Shown: in pieces, positions 17,101 to 24,775 of the stretch | How the letters are laid out: the number at the start of each line of letters is the position of its first letter | How positions within the stretch are numbered: the first letter of the stretch is position 1 | DNA from: Bacteroidales bacterium | GTDB lineage: Bacteria > Bacteroidota > Bacteroidia > Bacteroidales > VadinHA17 | NCBI GenBank assembly: GCA_038245405.1 | Contig: JBBRSO010000005.1 | Coordinates: forward strand, 1-51,144 | Direction: 5' to 3' | DNA length: 51,144 nucleotides | Translations under genes and position numbers: made by a program | Notes under the pieces: generated by a model | What the model was told of the DNA's origin: nothing | What the model saw: the letters and a program-made list of their open reading frames with translations, nothing else | Database searches by the model: none

Positions 17101-18880
17101 TCACTACGTCTTCCTTCTCAGGCAGAGAAACAAGTCGTGATTCAACTTCTGCAACAACAGCATCAGTTTTTTGCAAGGGTGATCCTCCGGGCATTGTTAC
17201 TGTGAGTCTGAAAACAGGTGTCTGAACCTCCTGGGATGTGCTGATGCTCAGGGCCAGACTTATAAGAAGAGTGGCAAAGAAAACTATGAGAGTGCCAATG
17301 ATTGTTGAGGCAGGCTTTCTCATGCTTGCTTTTAAAATGAGGTGGTAGCCCTGGATCACCCTGTTATGGATAGAGAGTTTTTTGAAGATTTCAGAATTTG
17401 TTCCTGAGCTCCGGGTGAGCAGGAAATAGGTTGCCATTGGGATGAAAAGCAGCGATACAGAGAGTGATACAGCGAGAGTCGAGATGATAGAAATACCAAT
17501 ATTTTTGCCAATTATTTTTATCATATAATTATTGGCAAAGATAAATGGCATGAAAACGATCAGAGTAGTGAGCGTTGAGGCGAAGACCGACCGCCAGACT
17601 TCAATTGTACCTTGCTTTACAGCTGTTTCGGGATCTTTGCCCTGACCGGCGAGGCGATATATATTTTCCAGAACAACAACAGAATTATCTACCAGCATAC
17701 CTATAGCCAGGGCCATTCCGACCAGTGTAAGACTGTTTATTGAAATATCGTAAGCGTAGAAAAAGTTGAAAGCAGCATAAACCGACACTGGAATAGAGAC
17801 TGCGATAATGGCTACCAGGCGAATATTCCTCAGGAAAAACCACAAAATCAGAATAGCCAGAACACCGCCTGTGATGGCAAGATCGATTATCTGATTTATA
17901 TTTTTTTCCATTATCTCAGAGTTATTGTTCTGGACAACAATCTCAACTCCTGATGGCGCGAGTGTTTTATTCAATTCAGCTATCTCTTTTATAGTAGTGT
18001 GTGAGAGATTTATAAGATTTGCCTGGTTATCATTGGCAAGGGAGATTGTGACAGCATCGAGCCCGTTTACCCTGCTATAAGAGCTCTGTTCCTTTACTCC
18101 GAATACGATCTCAGCAACATCCTTAAGTAAAACCGGACCAGTGGTTTTAACAATCAGATTACCAATTTCTTTTACATCGGTATATTCTGACGAGACGTTT
18201 ACAAAGAGCTGATTGCTTCCATCATAAACCTTGCCGGCAAAAGCCCGCTTTGCTCCATTATTATTAAGAAGATTCCGAACTTCACCAATAGAAATACCGT
18301 TAGCTTTGCATGCTCTCTCATTCAATCGGATCTCGATTGAGTTTTCCATTCCTCCATAAACCTGTAATCCGGCAATACCGTCAATATTTTCAAGATGAGG
18401 CTTTATCTCACGGTCTGCAATGTTTCTTATCCTGTCTATCCCGCCTTCACCGCGAACCTGGAGTGTCATAAACTGATTTGTCAGTTCCTTCAGATCTATT
18501 TTTATCACATTGATAAAGAATTCAGAAGGAATCGAGTTCTTAACGATATCAATTTTCTCCTGAAGTTTCAGATTTGCATATTTCAGGTTAGCATTCTGAT
18601 TATAGTATATGAATATATTACCGCTATTTGAATTGATATTCGTCTCGATTTTTTCAACTCCCTCGAGTGTGCCTATTGCGCCTTCAATAGGTACAATAGC
18701 CTGTGTCTCAATATACGATGGATCTTTCTCAATAGGTGTTGCCACCTGTATAATTAAAAATGGAAGCTGCGCATTCGGAAGGAGTTCAACAGGAAGCTTT
18801 TTATAGGATACATAGCCGAGCAAGGTGAGCCCGAGGAAGAGCATACTTATAAAAATTCTTCGTTTTAAAATAAAATTCAT
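14111..18880 (-). CDS. RND (AcrB/HAE-type) efflux permease fused to six extra TM helices and a C-terminal ABC transporter ATP-binding domain
   Basis: Uninterrupted 1589-aa ORF. The RND body runs from aa 1 to ~1032 (...LVFIPTFYTGLE at 15782-15814). Walker A GLLGPNGAGKTT lies at 14894-14932, the signature SGGMKQRMGIAQ at 14579-14620 and Walker B ILVVDEPTAGLD at 14522-14560. The C-terminal domain is paralogous to that of the 297-aa ATPase. Confidence 0.85.
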   Translation of the reverse strand: MNFILKRRIFISMLFLGLTLLGYVSYKKLPVELLPNAQLPFLIIQVATPIEKDPSYIETQAIVPIEGAIGTLEGVEKIETNINSNSGNIFIYYNQNANLKYANLKLQEKIDIVKNSIPSEFFINVIKIDLKELTNQFMTLQVRGEGGIDRIRNIADREIKPHLENIDGIAGLQVYGGMENSIEIRLNERACKANGISIGEVRNLLNNNGAKRAFAGKVYDGSNQLFVNVSSEYTDVKEIGNLIVKTTGPVLLKDVAEIVFGVKEQSSYSRVNGLDAVTISLANDNQANLINLSHTTIKEIAELNKTLAPSGVEIVVQNNNSEIMEKNINQIIDLAITGGVLAILILWFFLRNIRLVAIIAVSIPVSVYAAFNFFYAYDISINSLTLVGMALAIGMLVDNSVVVLENIYRLAGQGKDPETAVKQGTIEVWRSVFASTLTTLIVFMPFIFANNYMIKIIGKNIGISIISTLAVSLSVSLLFIPMATYFLLTRSSGTNSEIFKKLSIHNRVIQGYHLILKASMRKPASTIIGTLIVFFATLLISLALSISTSQEVQTPVFRLTVTMPGGSPLQKTDAVVAEVESRLVSLPEKEDVVSRIEEEKATITINLKKEWDKNSKRTLPEIKSDILKKVKNITSAEISMDEQSSSGGFSGGDNMGGGDGEGDEFMNLLGLGSTKESVIIKGQNFVQMKNLANDIKASVGSLSSMNTSRINIQENKPEVHLLFDMDYLGRNNFTLLNLSSALSTFGREYSSGIQFRQGTDNYDIMIKYADEPGESKEKKDKTIDDLKHLLVNGSNGAVIEMDELSKIVFASGMGSIHRENQEKRITVTYDFNEEIKNSKDLLAGARADIESIVSGLNIPAGIAVEVVHEEDKWKDLYFIIGVAFLLIYMILASVFESLATPVVLMFSIPLAALGSLVALILTGNSLLNLNTLTGFLILLGVVVNNGIILIDYTNILRKRGYRVQRALMTAGVSRLRPILITAATTVIAMIPLAMGKAEFVSVIGASFAITVIGGLTLSTLLTLVFIPTFYTGLENALKWFNSLPWKNKTIQIILFTFLIALIYLNVDKFLWKLITSIISIILVPAGTWFVMNSLKKARETVISPDESINIRIQSLVKIYERENRWSREWKAGARIRKRLGLQKQFRSLKDMTQIGWQIPLAGYIFYFTYFYLQKGFWIFVFAIVTWFFLSSIWTSFSELIDNLTSGGKKRWLARFSKIFDSVIFWIIPFLNLLWFYHKWDNIVIVIILGFLWFTGLFIFKTGQKLTKENIDIYRLEGRFKGLRKNIYKVVAVVPLIGKKKKPFKALSCVSLNIGNGMFGLLGPNGAGKTTLMRIICGILEQSYGKVWINGLDTQKMREELQGLIGYLPQEFGSYENMTAHDYLHYQAMLKNITDVKTREERVTYVLKSVHMEERRHEKIGSYSGGMKQRMGIAQILLHLPRILVVDEPTAGLDPRERIRFRNLLVELGRDRIVIFSTHIIEDISSSCKKVAVLNKGKLRYFGEPIAMTKEAEGHVWQFNIPAKDFGTFVESHLVVHHMSEGENIRVRVISEISPWEGAINATPNLEDAYLWLLRRKEILSPQNNVNASI

Positions 18881-18900
18881 TCCCTGTATTATAAAGAAAT

Positions 18901-21900
18901 TTATGAACTCTTCACAGACTCATTATTTACACCTCTTACCCAACTGCTGAAGGTATCGAACACCCAATATACACATGGAATAACAATAAGTGTAAGCAGG
19001 GTAGATGAGACTAGTCCTCCGATAACTGCAAGGGCCATAGGGGCTCTTAGCGATGCACTGTCACCAATTCCGATGGTAAGCGGCAAAAGTGCGAGTATGG
19101 TAGTCAGGCTGGTCATGAGTATCGGTCTTATCCTTTGTGTTCCGGCAGTTACTATTGCCTCTTTTTTCGAAATACCCTTTTCCCTGAGCTGGTTTATCCT
19201 GTCAATAAGCAGAATTGCATTATTTACAGCAATACCTCCAAGCATAATTATACCAATGTAAGCCATCATATTCAGGGATTTTCCAAATATGAAAAAAGTA
19301 ATCACAGTACCTACACCGGCGAGCGGAATAGTAAGCATTATTACAAATGGTTGAATAATTGATTCAAATTCGGCAGCTAAAACCATAAAAACGAGCACTA
19401 GTGATAAAATTAGTGCGAAAGTCAGATTCTTGTTTGACTCCTTACGTTTCCGTTCTTCTCCGCTTATAACCATTTTATAATCAATTGGCAGTATAACCTC
19501 TTTGAGTGACGCTTCTGCGCTTTTTACAACGTGATCGAATGCTGTATTCGCACTTACCATTGCATTTATATAGCAGATCCTGTCCTGGTTTTTCCTTGTG
19601 ATTTCCCGCGGACTTACTATTGTTTTAATTTTGGCAAGCTCACTTAGAGGTACTTTTATACTGCCTGCAGTAATCAGGAGATCGCGAAGCTGATTAAGAG
19701 AGATCTTGCCAAGCTTTATGGTAATATCTTTCATCTCACCATCCTTTTCAAAACTGCCTGCAGAAGATCCGTCAAGAAAACTTTTCACCTGGTTTATAAC
19801 AGTTTCAGCCGTGACATTATAGTAGCTGGTCTTAAACTTATCGATAGCTACTTCTACCTCCGGTGTACCCTGATCGATCGACGTCGTGATATTATATAAC
19901 CCGGGATTCTTCATCAGTATAACTTTGGCTTCGTTCACAATTCTCTCAAGCTCGTCATAATCTTCTCCCGATACTTCGAGTGTGAATGGGGCTTCAGATG
20001 TCCCGAGCGAAGTCTGCAGTGCAGTTTCTTCCCTCGTAAAACTTGTTTCCAGATCGGGGATAGTTTTCAGATAATTGCCTATGAGAGTAATTGCATCTTC
20101 CGTTTTTTTCGCAAACCCCTTAGCGAGGATGATCTTTAATGATCCTGTATTATCGCCTTTGGTTACCCCGGTATTCAATAATGATGTATTGTCGGCTCCT
20201 GCCTGGGAGTATATCATTTCAATTTTTTCGCCGAGAATTTCTCTTACAATCCCCTCCGTTTTCGTAATAGTGCTTGAGGTTCTTTCCAGACTTGTACCTT
20301 CCGGTAATCTGATATTCAGTGTAAACTCTGCAGATTCTGATTTAGGCATGAATTCGCTTCCCAGCCTGGGTATTAACATCACAGTCAAACCGAGTAGTAA
20401 AACTGAAACAAGAATGACAAGTTTCCGCTTTTCAACTATTTTCTCTAGGAGTCTTTTATACCAGCTAAAATCCACAGGGATGGTGGTATCAACATTTTTC
20501 TTTTTGTCGGAGAAAAACGTTGAAACCAGCATAGGAATCACAAGCATTGCTATTACTAGAGATGAGAGCAGCGAAAAAGCAACTGTCCAGGCCTGATCCT
20601 TAAACATTTCTCCTGATGCTCCGTGAAGGTAAACAATAGGCAGAAAAACCACTATCGTAGTAAGAGTAGATGAAGTTATTGCAGATCCAACTTCCCCGGT
20701 TCCACGTATTACTGCTTCGCGCAAACCAACTCCTTCTTCACGCAAACGGGTAATATTTTCGAGAACAACAATTGCATTATCCACAAGCATTCCTGCACCG
20801 AGAGCCAGACCACCAAGTGTCATGATGTTCAATGTAAGATGATTGAAGTACATAAGGTTGAAGGTGGCAATGATTGAAATTGGTATCGCAACGCTGATAA
20901 CCAGAGTGGTGCCAATTCTCCTGAGGAAAACATATAGTACAAGCACTGCCAGAAGAATTCCTATTATGAGTGTGTTTTTTACTTCTCCTATTGCATTATG
21001 GATATATGCTCCCTGGTCCTGGACTCTTATAAACTCATAACCGGGTAAGGCTTTCCCGAGGGTGGTGATCTCTTTTGAAAGACTCTTTACTACATCAACA
21101 GTATTAAATTTTGGTTCTTTGTAAATTGATAAGCCAACACACCTCTCACCATTAATCCTGACAATGTTTTCCGGCTCTTTATTTGCAAATTTCACTGTAG
21201 CTACATCTCTAAGATAAACAGGCACTTTATCAGATGGTGCTTGTGTTGTTAAAGCTGAACTTCCGGAAGAAGATAACGTCGATGCTGCAGAAGACTGTTT
21301 AAAACCTACAACGATGTTTTCAAGATCATTAAGGTCCTTAAGAACACTAACCCCTTTTACCACATATTTAAGCCCCATATCAACTATGGTGCCGCCTGAT
21401 ACGTTTCTGTTGTAATTAGCAATCTGTAAAGCTATGGCATCGACATTGAGACCGAAAGATTCGAGTATGTACTTATTGGTTTCTATAACAACTTCACTCT
21501 CTTCTATTCCGGTAAGCCTTACATCGGCAACACCCTCAATACGGACCAGCTCATTTCTGATATAATTCTCAGCTATTTTTCTGAGTTCTTCCATATTTGA
21601 TATGCTGGAATTTTTCAGTCCTACAATCATAACAGGGGTAGCGTTCGGATCATATTGTGATATCGTGAAGCTCTCGAGATCGGAATTCTGACGAAATGTA
21701 TTCAGCTCTTTCTGAAGATCAAGGAATGCCTCATCCATATCCTTGTTCCAGTCATATTCTACCGTTATGGTGGCTGTTCCAACCTGCGACACAGATGATA
21801 CCTGAAGGACATCGCTTTGACGGGTAGCCAGAGACTCAATCTGTTCAACGTAATTTTTTTCTATCTCCTCCGGCGGTTTTTGTCCGGCTTTCAGTTCTAT

Positions 21901-22041
21901 ATATATCTTTGGGTTATTGAGGTCGGGAAATAAGTCAGTCCCGAGCTTACCGAAAGATATAAACCCCAGCAGAACAATCCCGAGAACAAGCATTAATACT
22001 GTGACCGGGTATTTTACAGCAAATTGAGCAATCCTGTTCAT
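18901..22041 (-). CDS. Efflux RND transporter permease subunit (AcrB/CzcA superfamily)
   Basis: 1046 aa with the typical ACR_tran N-terminus MNRIAQFAVKYPVTVLMLVLGIVLLGFISFGKLGTDLFPD and 12-TM organisation. Its start overlaps the adaptor stop (TAATG at 22039-22043). Confidence 0.9.
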   Translation of the reverse strand: MNRIAQFAVKYPVTVLMLVLGIVLLGFISFGKLGTDLFPDLNNPKIYIELKAGQKPPEEIEKNYVEQIESLATRQSDVLQVSSVSQVGTATITVEYDWNKDMDEAFLDLQKELNTFRQNSDLESFTISQYDPNATPVMIVGLKNSSISNMEELRKIAENYIRNELVRIEGVADVRLTGIEESEVVIETNKYILESFGLNVDAIALQIANYNRNVSGGTIVDMGLKYVVKGVSVLKDLNDLENIVVGFKQSSAASTLSSSGSSALTTQAPSDKVPVYLRDVATVKFANKEPENIVRINGERCVGLSIYKEPKFNTVDVVKSLSKEITTLGKALPGYEFIRVQDQGAYIHNAIGEVKNTLIIGILLAVLVLYVFLRRIGTTLVISVAIPISIIATFNLMYFNHLTLNIMTLGGLALGAGMLVDNAIVVLENITRLREEGVGLREAVIRGTGEVGSAITSSTLTTIVVFLPIVYLHGASGEMFKDQAWTVAFSLLSSLVIAMLVIPMLVSTFFSDKKKNVDTTIPVDFSWYKRLLEKIVEKRKLVILVSVLLLGLTVMLIPRLGSEFMPKSESAEFTLNIRLPEGTSLERTSSTITKTEGIVREILGEKIEMIYSQAGADNTSLLNTGVTKGDNTGSLKIILAKGFAKKTEDAITLIGNYLKTIPDLETSFTREETALQTSLGTSEAPFTLEVSGEDYDELERIVNEAKVILMKNPGLYNITTSIDQGTPEVEVAIDKFKTSYYNVTAETVINQVKSFLDGSSAGSFEKDGEMKDITIKLGKISLNQLRDLLITAGSIKVPLSELAKIKTIVSPREITRKNQDRICYINAMVSANTAFDHVVKSAEASLKEVILPIDYKMVISGEERKRKESNKNLTFALILSLVLVFMVLAAEFESIIQPFVIMLTIPLAGVGTVITFFIFGKSLNMMAYIGIIMLGGIAVNNAILLIDRINQLREKGISKKEAIVTAGTQRIRPILMTSLTTILALLPLTIGIGDSASLRAPMALAVIGGLVSSTLLTLIVIPCVYWVFDTFSSWVRGVNNESVKSS

Positions 22042-23093
22042 TACTTAATAATTTTAACCTTCGACTTATTGCTGAGAGTCTCAAAGCCGGTTGTAACAAT
22101 CCGCTCATTTTTAGTCAACCCTTTTGTAACCTCAACATCTGACAGATTTTCAAGTCCTGTTTCAATAATTCGTTCAACGGCCACACCCCTGTCAACAACA
22201 AAGACGGTCTTCCCCCGCTGGCGTGATAAGATTATATTCTTAGGGATTACAATAACCGAATCCTTGTGATTTATGACGATATCGGCTTTTACAAACATCC
22301 CGGGACGCATTCGGTAATCCGGATTATTTATTGAGATATTTCCTTTGAATGTTCTTGTCTCAGCATTTATTGCAGGCGATAACTGGGTAATGTTTCCGAT
22401 GATAGTATCCTCGGGAATGGTATAGTTTGTCAGCTTTACAATTTGTCCCGGCTTTATTTCAGAAATATATTTTTCAGGAAGCTGGACTTCCATATACATT
22501 GTCAGGTAGTTCATGATCTTAGCTATTGAAGAACCGGTCTCAACCTGGGTGCTCTGTGTATAGTAAGGCAGATCAACTATTACCCCGTCAATTGGAGCAA
22601 CAATTTTTGTTTTGTCAAGCTGAAGCTTTGAATTCTCAACAGTGGTTTTTGCATTTTCATAATTTATACCGGCTGTCTTGAGCTCTTTCAATGTTACCCC
22701 GCCTTTTTCATAGAGAGATTCTTCTTTTTTGAGTTCACTCTCTGTAAGCTCAAGATTCAGCTGATTGGTCTCCATCTTTATGGAGTTAACATATTCCCTG
22801 TCTTCAAGACGTGCGATAAGAGCTCCTGCTTTAATTTTATTACCCAGTTGCCATAACCTACCTGTTTCCGGATTTTTTTCAAGAAAATATGAAGCAGAGA
22901 TCCTTGATTTTAACGTAACCTCCCCTGCAGGGAAAGCAGTCCCGGTGGTGTTTATAAATTCTTCAATCGACTTCAACTTTATCGTTTCAACCGAAACCGG
23001 AATTTCAACATCAGCAGCTAGATTCTGTTCCTTGTTCCTGCAGCCTGTAATTGCAAAAAATGCAAATGCAATAATGAAAATACTTTTTCTCAT
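22041..23093 (-). CDS. Efflux RND transporter periplasmic adaptor (membrane fusion protein, HlyD/AcrA family) lipoprotein
   Basis: 350 aa with the lipoprotein signal MRKSIFIIAFAFFAITGC. It has a coiled-coil segment and a beta-barrel C-terminus (IVPKNIILSRQRGKTVFVV). It lies between the TolC and RND genes. Confidence 0.85.
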   Translation of the reverse strand: MRKSIFIIAFAFFAITGCRNKEQNLAADVEIPVSVETIKLKSIEEFINTTGTAFPAGEVTLKSRISASYFLEKNPETGRLWQLGNKIKAGALIARLEDREYVNSIKMETNQLNLELTESELKKEESLYEKGGVTLKELKTAGINYENAKTTVENSKLQLDKTKIVAPIDGVIVDLPYYTQSTQVETGSSIAKIMNYLTMYMEVQLPEKYISEIKPGQIVKLTNYTIPEDTIIGNITQLSPAINAETRTFKGNISINNPDYRMRPGMFVKADIVINHKDSVIVIPKNIILSRQRGKTVFVVDRGVAVERIIETGLENLSDVEVTKGLTKNERIVTTGFETLSNKSKVKIIK

Positions 23094-23103
23094 TTTATTA
23101 TAA

Positions 23104-24594
23104 TTATTGTTTGTCTAGGGTCAATACTGGTGTAACCATTTCTTTTTTCTCAAAATCATAAAGCGTCTGGATTTTGAGATTCAGAAGTTCAAGTTTATAT
23201 GATATCAATGAATTTGTATATGTTAACTGCTTCTCAGAAAGCTGATTCTGGAATAAGTTGAGATCCATGCCTGTCAGATCGCCATTTTTATATCTCTCGA
23301 GATTGAGATCATATGTGAGCTGTGCATTTACAACGTTCTGACGCGCAATCTCTATCTGGTTGCTTAGATTGAGAAGATTCCTGTAAACCTTTCGGATGTC
23401 GATAATTATATTGTTCTTCTCTTCATCAAGTGATATCTGTGATGTGGCTATTGTGGCTTCCGAAGCCTTTATCATCGACTTTCTTCTTCCCCAGTCCCAC
23501 AAGGGAATTTCGAGCGACAGACTAACTACTTCATTATCTGTCCGGCTTTCTTTGTCATAAACATTCTGGAATTTTTCATTGTCTCCGAATAGACCCAGGG
23601 ATAAACTAAGATTCCCTTTAAATTCATTCATTGCTTTGGTGCGAACGAGATCGAATTGTGAAGTCTCAATATCGATCTTTCTCTGACGCAGCTCCATTCT
23701 GTTTTTCAAACCCTGATCAATAGCAAATGAAATATTCACTGAAACAGTATCTACGGCTATATTGGGGATTACAACGAGATCCTCATAAAGGCTCATGCCT
23801 ATTAATAATTTAAAATCATCTTTGGCATTCTCAAATGAAACCTGTCTGTTCTCAAAATCTGATTTTGCCGTGGCAAGGTTTAGTTCAGCCTGAAACATCT
23901 CTTCTTTTGGCGAAATGCCTGCATCTACCTTGTTCTTGGATACCTCGTAGGATTTAAGCATATTCTGATATGCCTGGTTTGCTATTTCCATACTTTTTTG
24001 CTGCTGATAGACATAATAAAATGCCTGTGTGACTCCCTTTTCCAGGGACAGAAGCTGTATGGCATAATTTAACTGGGTGTTCTCAAGAGCCAGCTGAAGT
24101 TCCTTAAGATTAAGCTTTGTTTTGTTGTAGGTGAATAAAGGCTGATCGAGATTGATAGCAAGATTATTGCTGAATCCTTTTTGCTGCTGTGTAGCGAACT
24201 GGCTGTAGCTATCGAGATAACCAAAGGTATTGGTAAGTGAAAGGGTTGCATCGGTAACCAATATAGGCTGTCGCACCGAAAAAGTTCCATATGTCTGAGT
24301 TTTCCGCTGGCTGTTATAGTCGGAGATAAGGTCGTTGAATACTCTGTCGCGGCTATAACTGAAAGGAGTGAGCAAAAGGGCGAACTGCGATTTGAGAGAT
24401 GCATTCTGTGCATTAAGGTTTTCCTGGCTCCTGATCAGACTAAGTCTGGTCTTCTTCATTGAAGGGCTATTGAGCTCAGCAACACTCAGACTTTGCTCAA
24501 GTGTTAAACCCTGTTGCGAAAATGCTGTCACGCAAGTCAATAGCATAAAAATAATTGACAAATTTATTTTCATTATCGTACTGGTGTTTTTCAT
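23104..24594 (-). CDS. TolC-family outer membrane efflux protein
   Basis: Signal peptide MKNTSTIMKINLSIIFMLLTCVTAFSQQ, then LTLEQSLSVAELNSPSMKK and an internally duplicated OEP-type sequence. The track start at 24657 (MGGLPRRRKNL...) looks like an overcall. ATG at 24594, or alternatively 24573, is more plausible. Confidence 0.8.
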   Translation of the reverse strand: MKNTSTIMKINLSIIFMLLTCVTAFSQQGLTLEQSLSVAELNSPSMKKTRLSLIRSQENLNAQNASLKSQFALLLTPFSYSRDRVFNDLISDYNSQRKTQTYGTFSVRQPILVTDATLSLTNTFGYLDSYSQFATQQQKGFSNNLAINLDQPLFTYNKTKLNLKELQLALENTQLNYAIQLLSLEKGVTQAFYYVYQQQKSMEIANQAYQNMLKSYEVSKNKVDAGISPKEEMFQAELNLATAKSDFENRQVSFENAKDDFKLLIGMSLYEDLVVIPNIAVDTVSVNISFAIDQGLKNRMELRQRKIDIETSQFDLVRTKAMNEFKGNLSLSLGLFGDNEKFQNVYDKESRTDNEVVSLSLEIPLWDWGRRKSMIKASEATIATSQISLDEEKNNIIIDIRKVYRNLLNLSNQIEIARQNVVNAQLTYDLNLERYKNGDLTGMDLNLFQNQLSEKQLTYTNSLISYKLELLNLKIQTLYDFEKKEMVTPVLTLDKQ

Positions 24595-24775
24595 ATTTAT
24601 AGTGATAAAGATTTTTGTTTTCTTTAAGTTCTTTCTCCTCCTCGGCAACCCCCCCAACCTCCATTTGGGGAGCTTTCAGCCTTTGAATTTCTCTGTGTAA
24701 CTCTGCGTCTCAATAGCTATCGGGGCTCAGTGTAAGTTCTTTTTTCTTATCAACCTCAGCCTCAGTTTCAGCCTC

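Noticed and set aside
14322-22269. Many plus-strand ORFs of 60-173 aa inside the RND/ABC genes (e.g. 16761-17225, 20075-20596, 22024-22269)
   Set aside because: These are antisense shadow ORFs fully embedded in long, well-supported minus-strand genes. Their translations are low-complexity or Ser/Pro-rich with no motifs.
24595-24657. N-terminal extension of the TolC ORF (MGGLPRRRKNLKKTKIFITIN)
   Set aside because: It precedes a canonical signal peptide that starts at an internal ATG (24594). The extension overlaps a low-complexity spacer and is probably a start-codon overcall.
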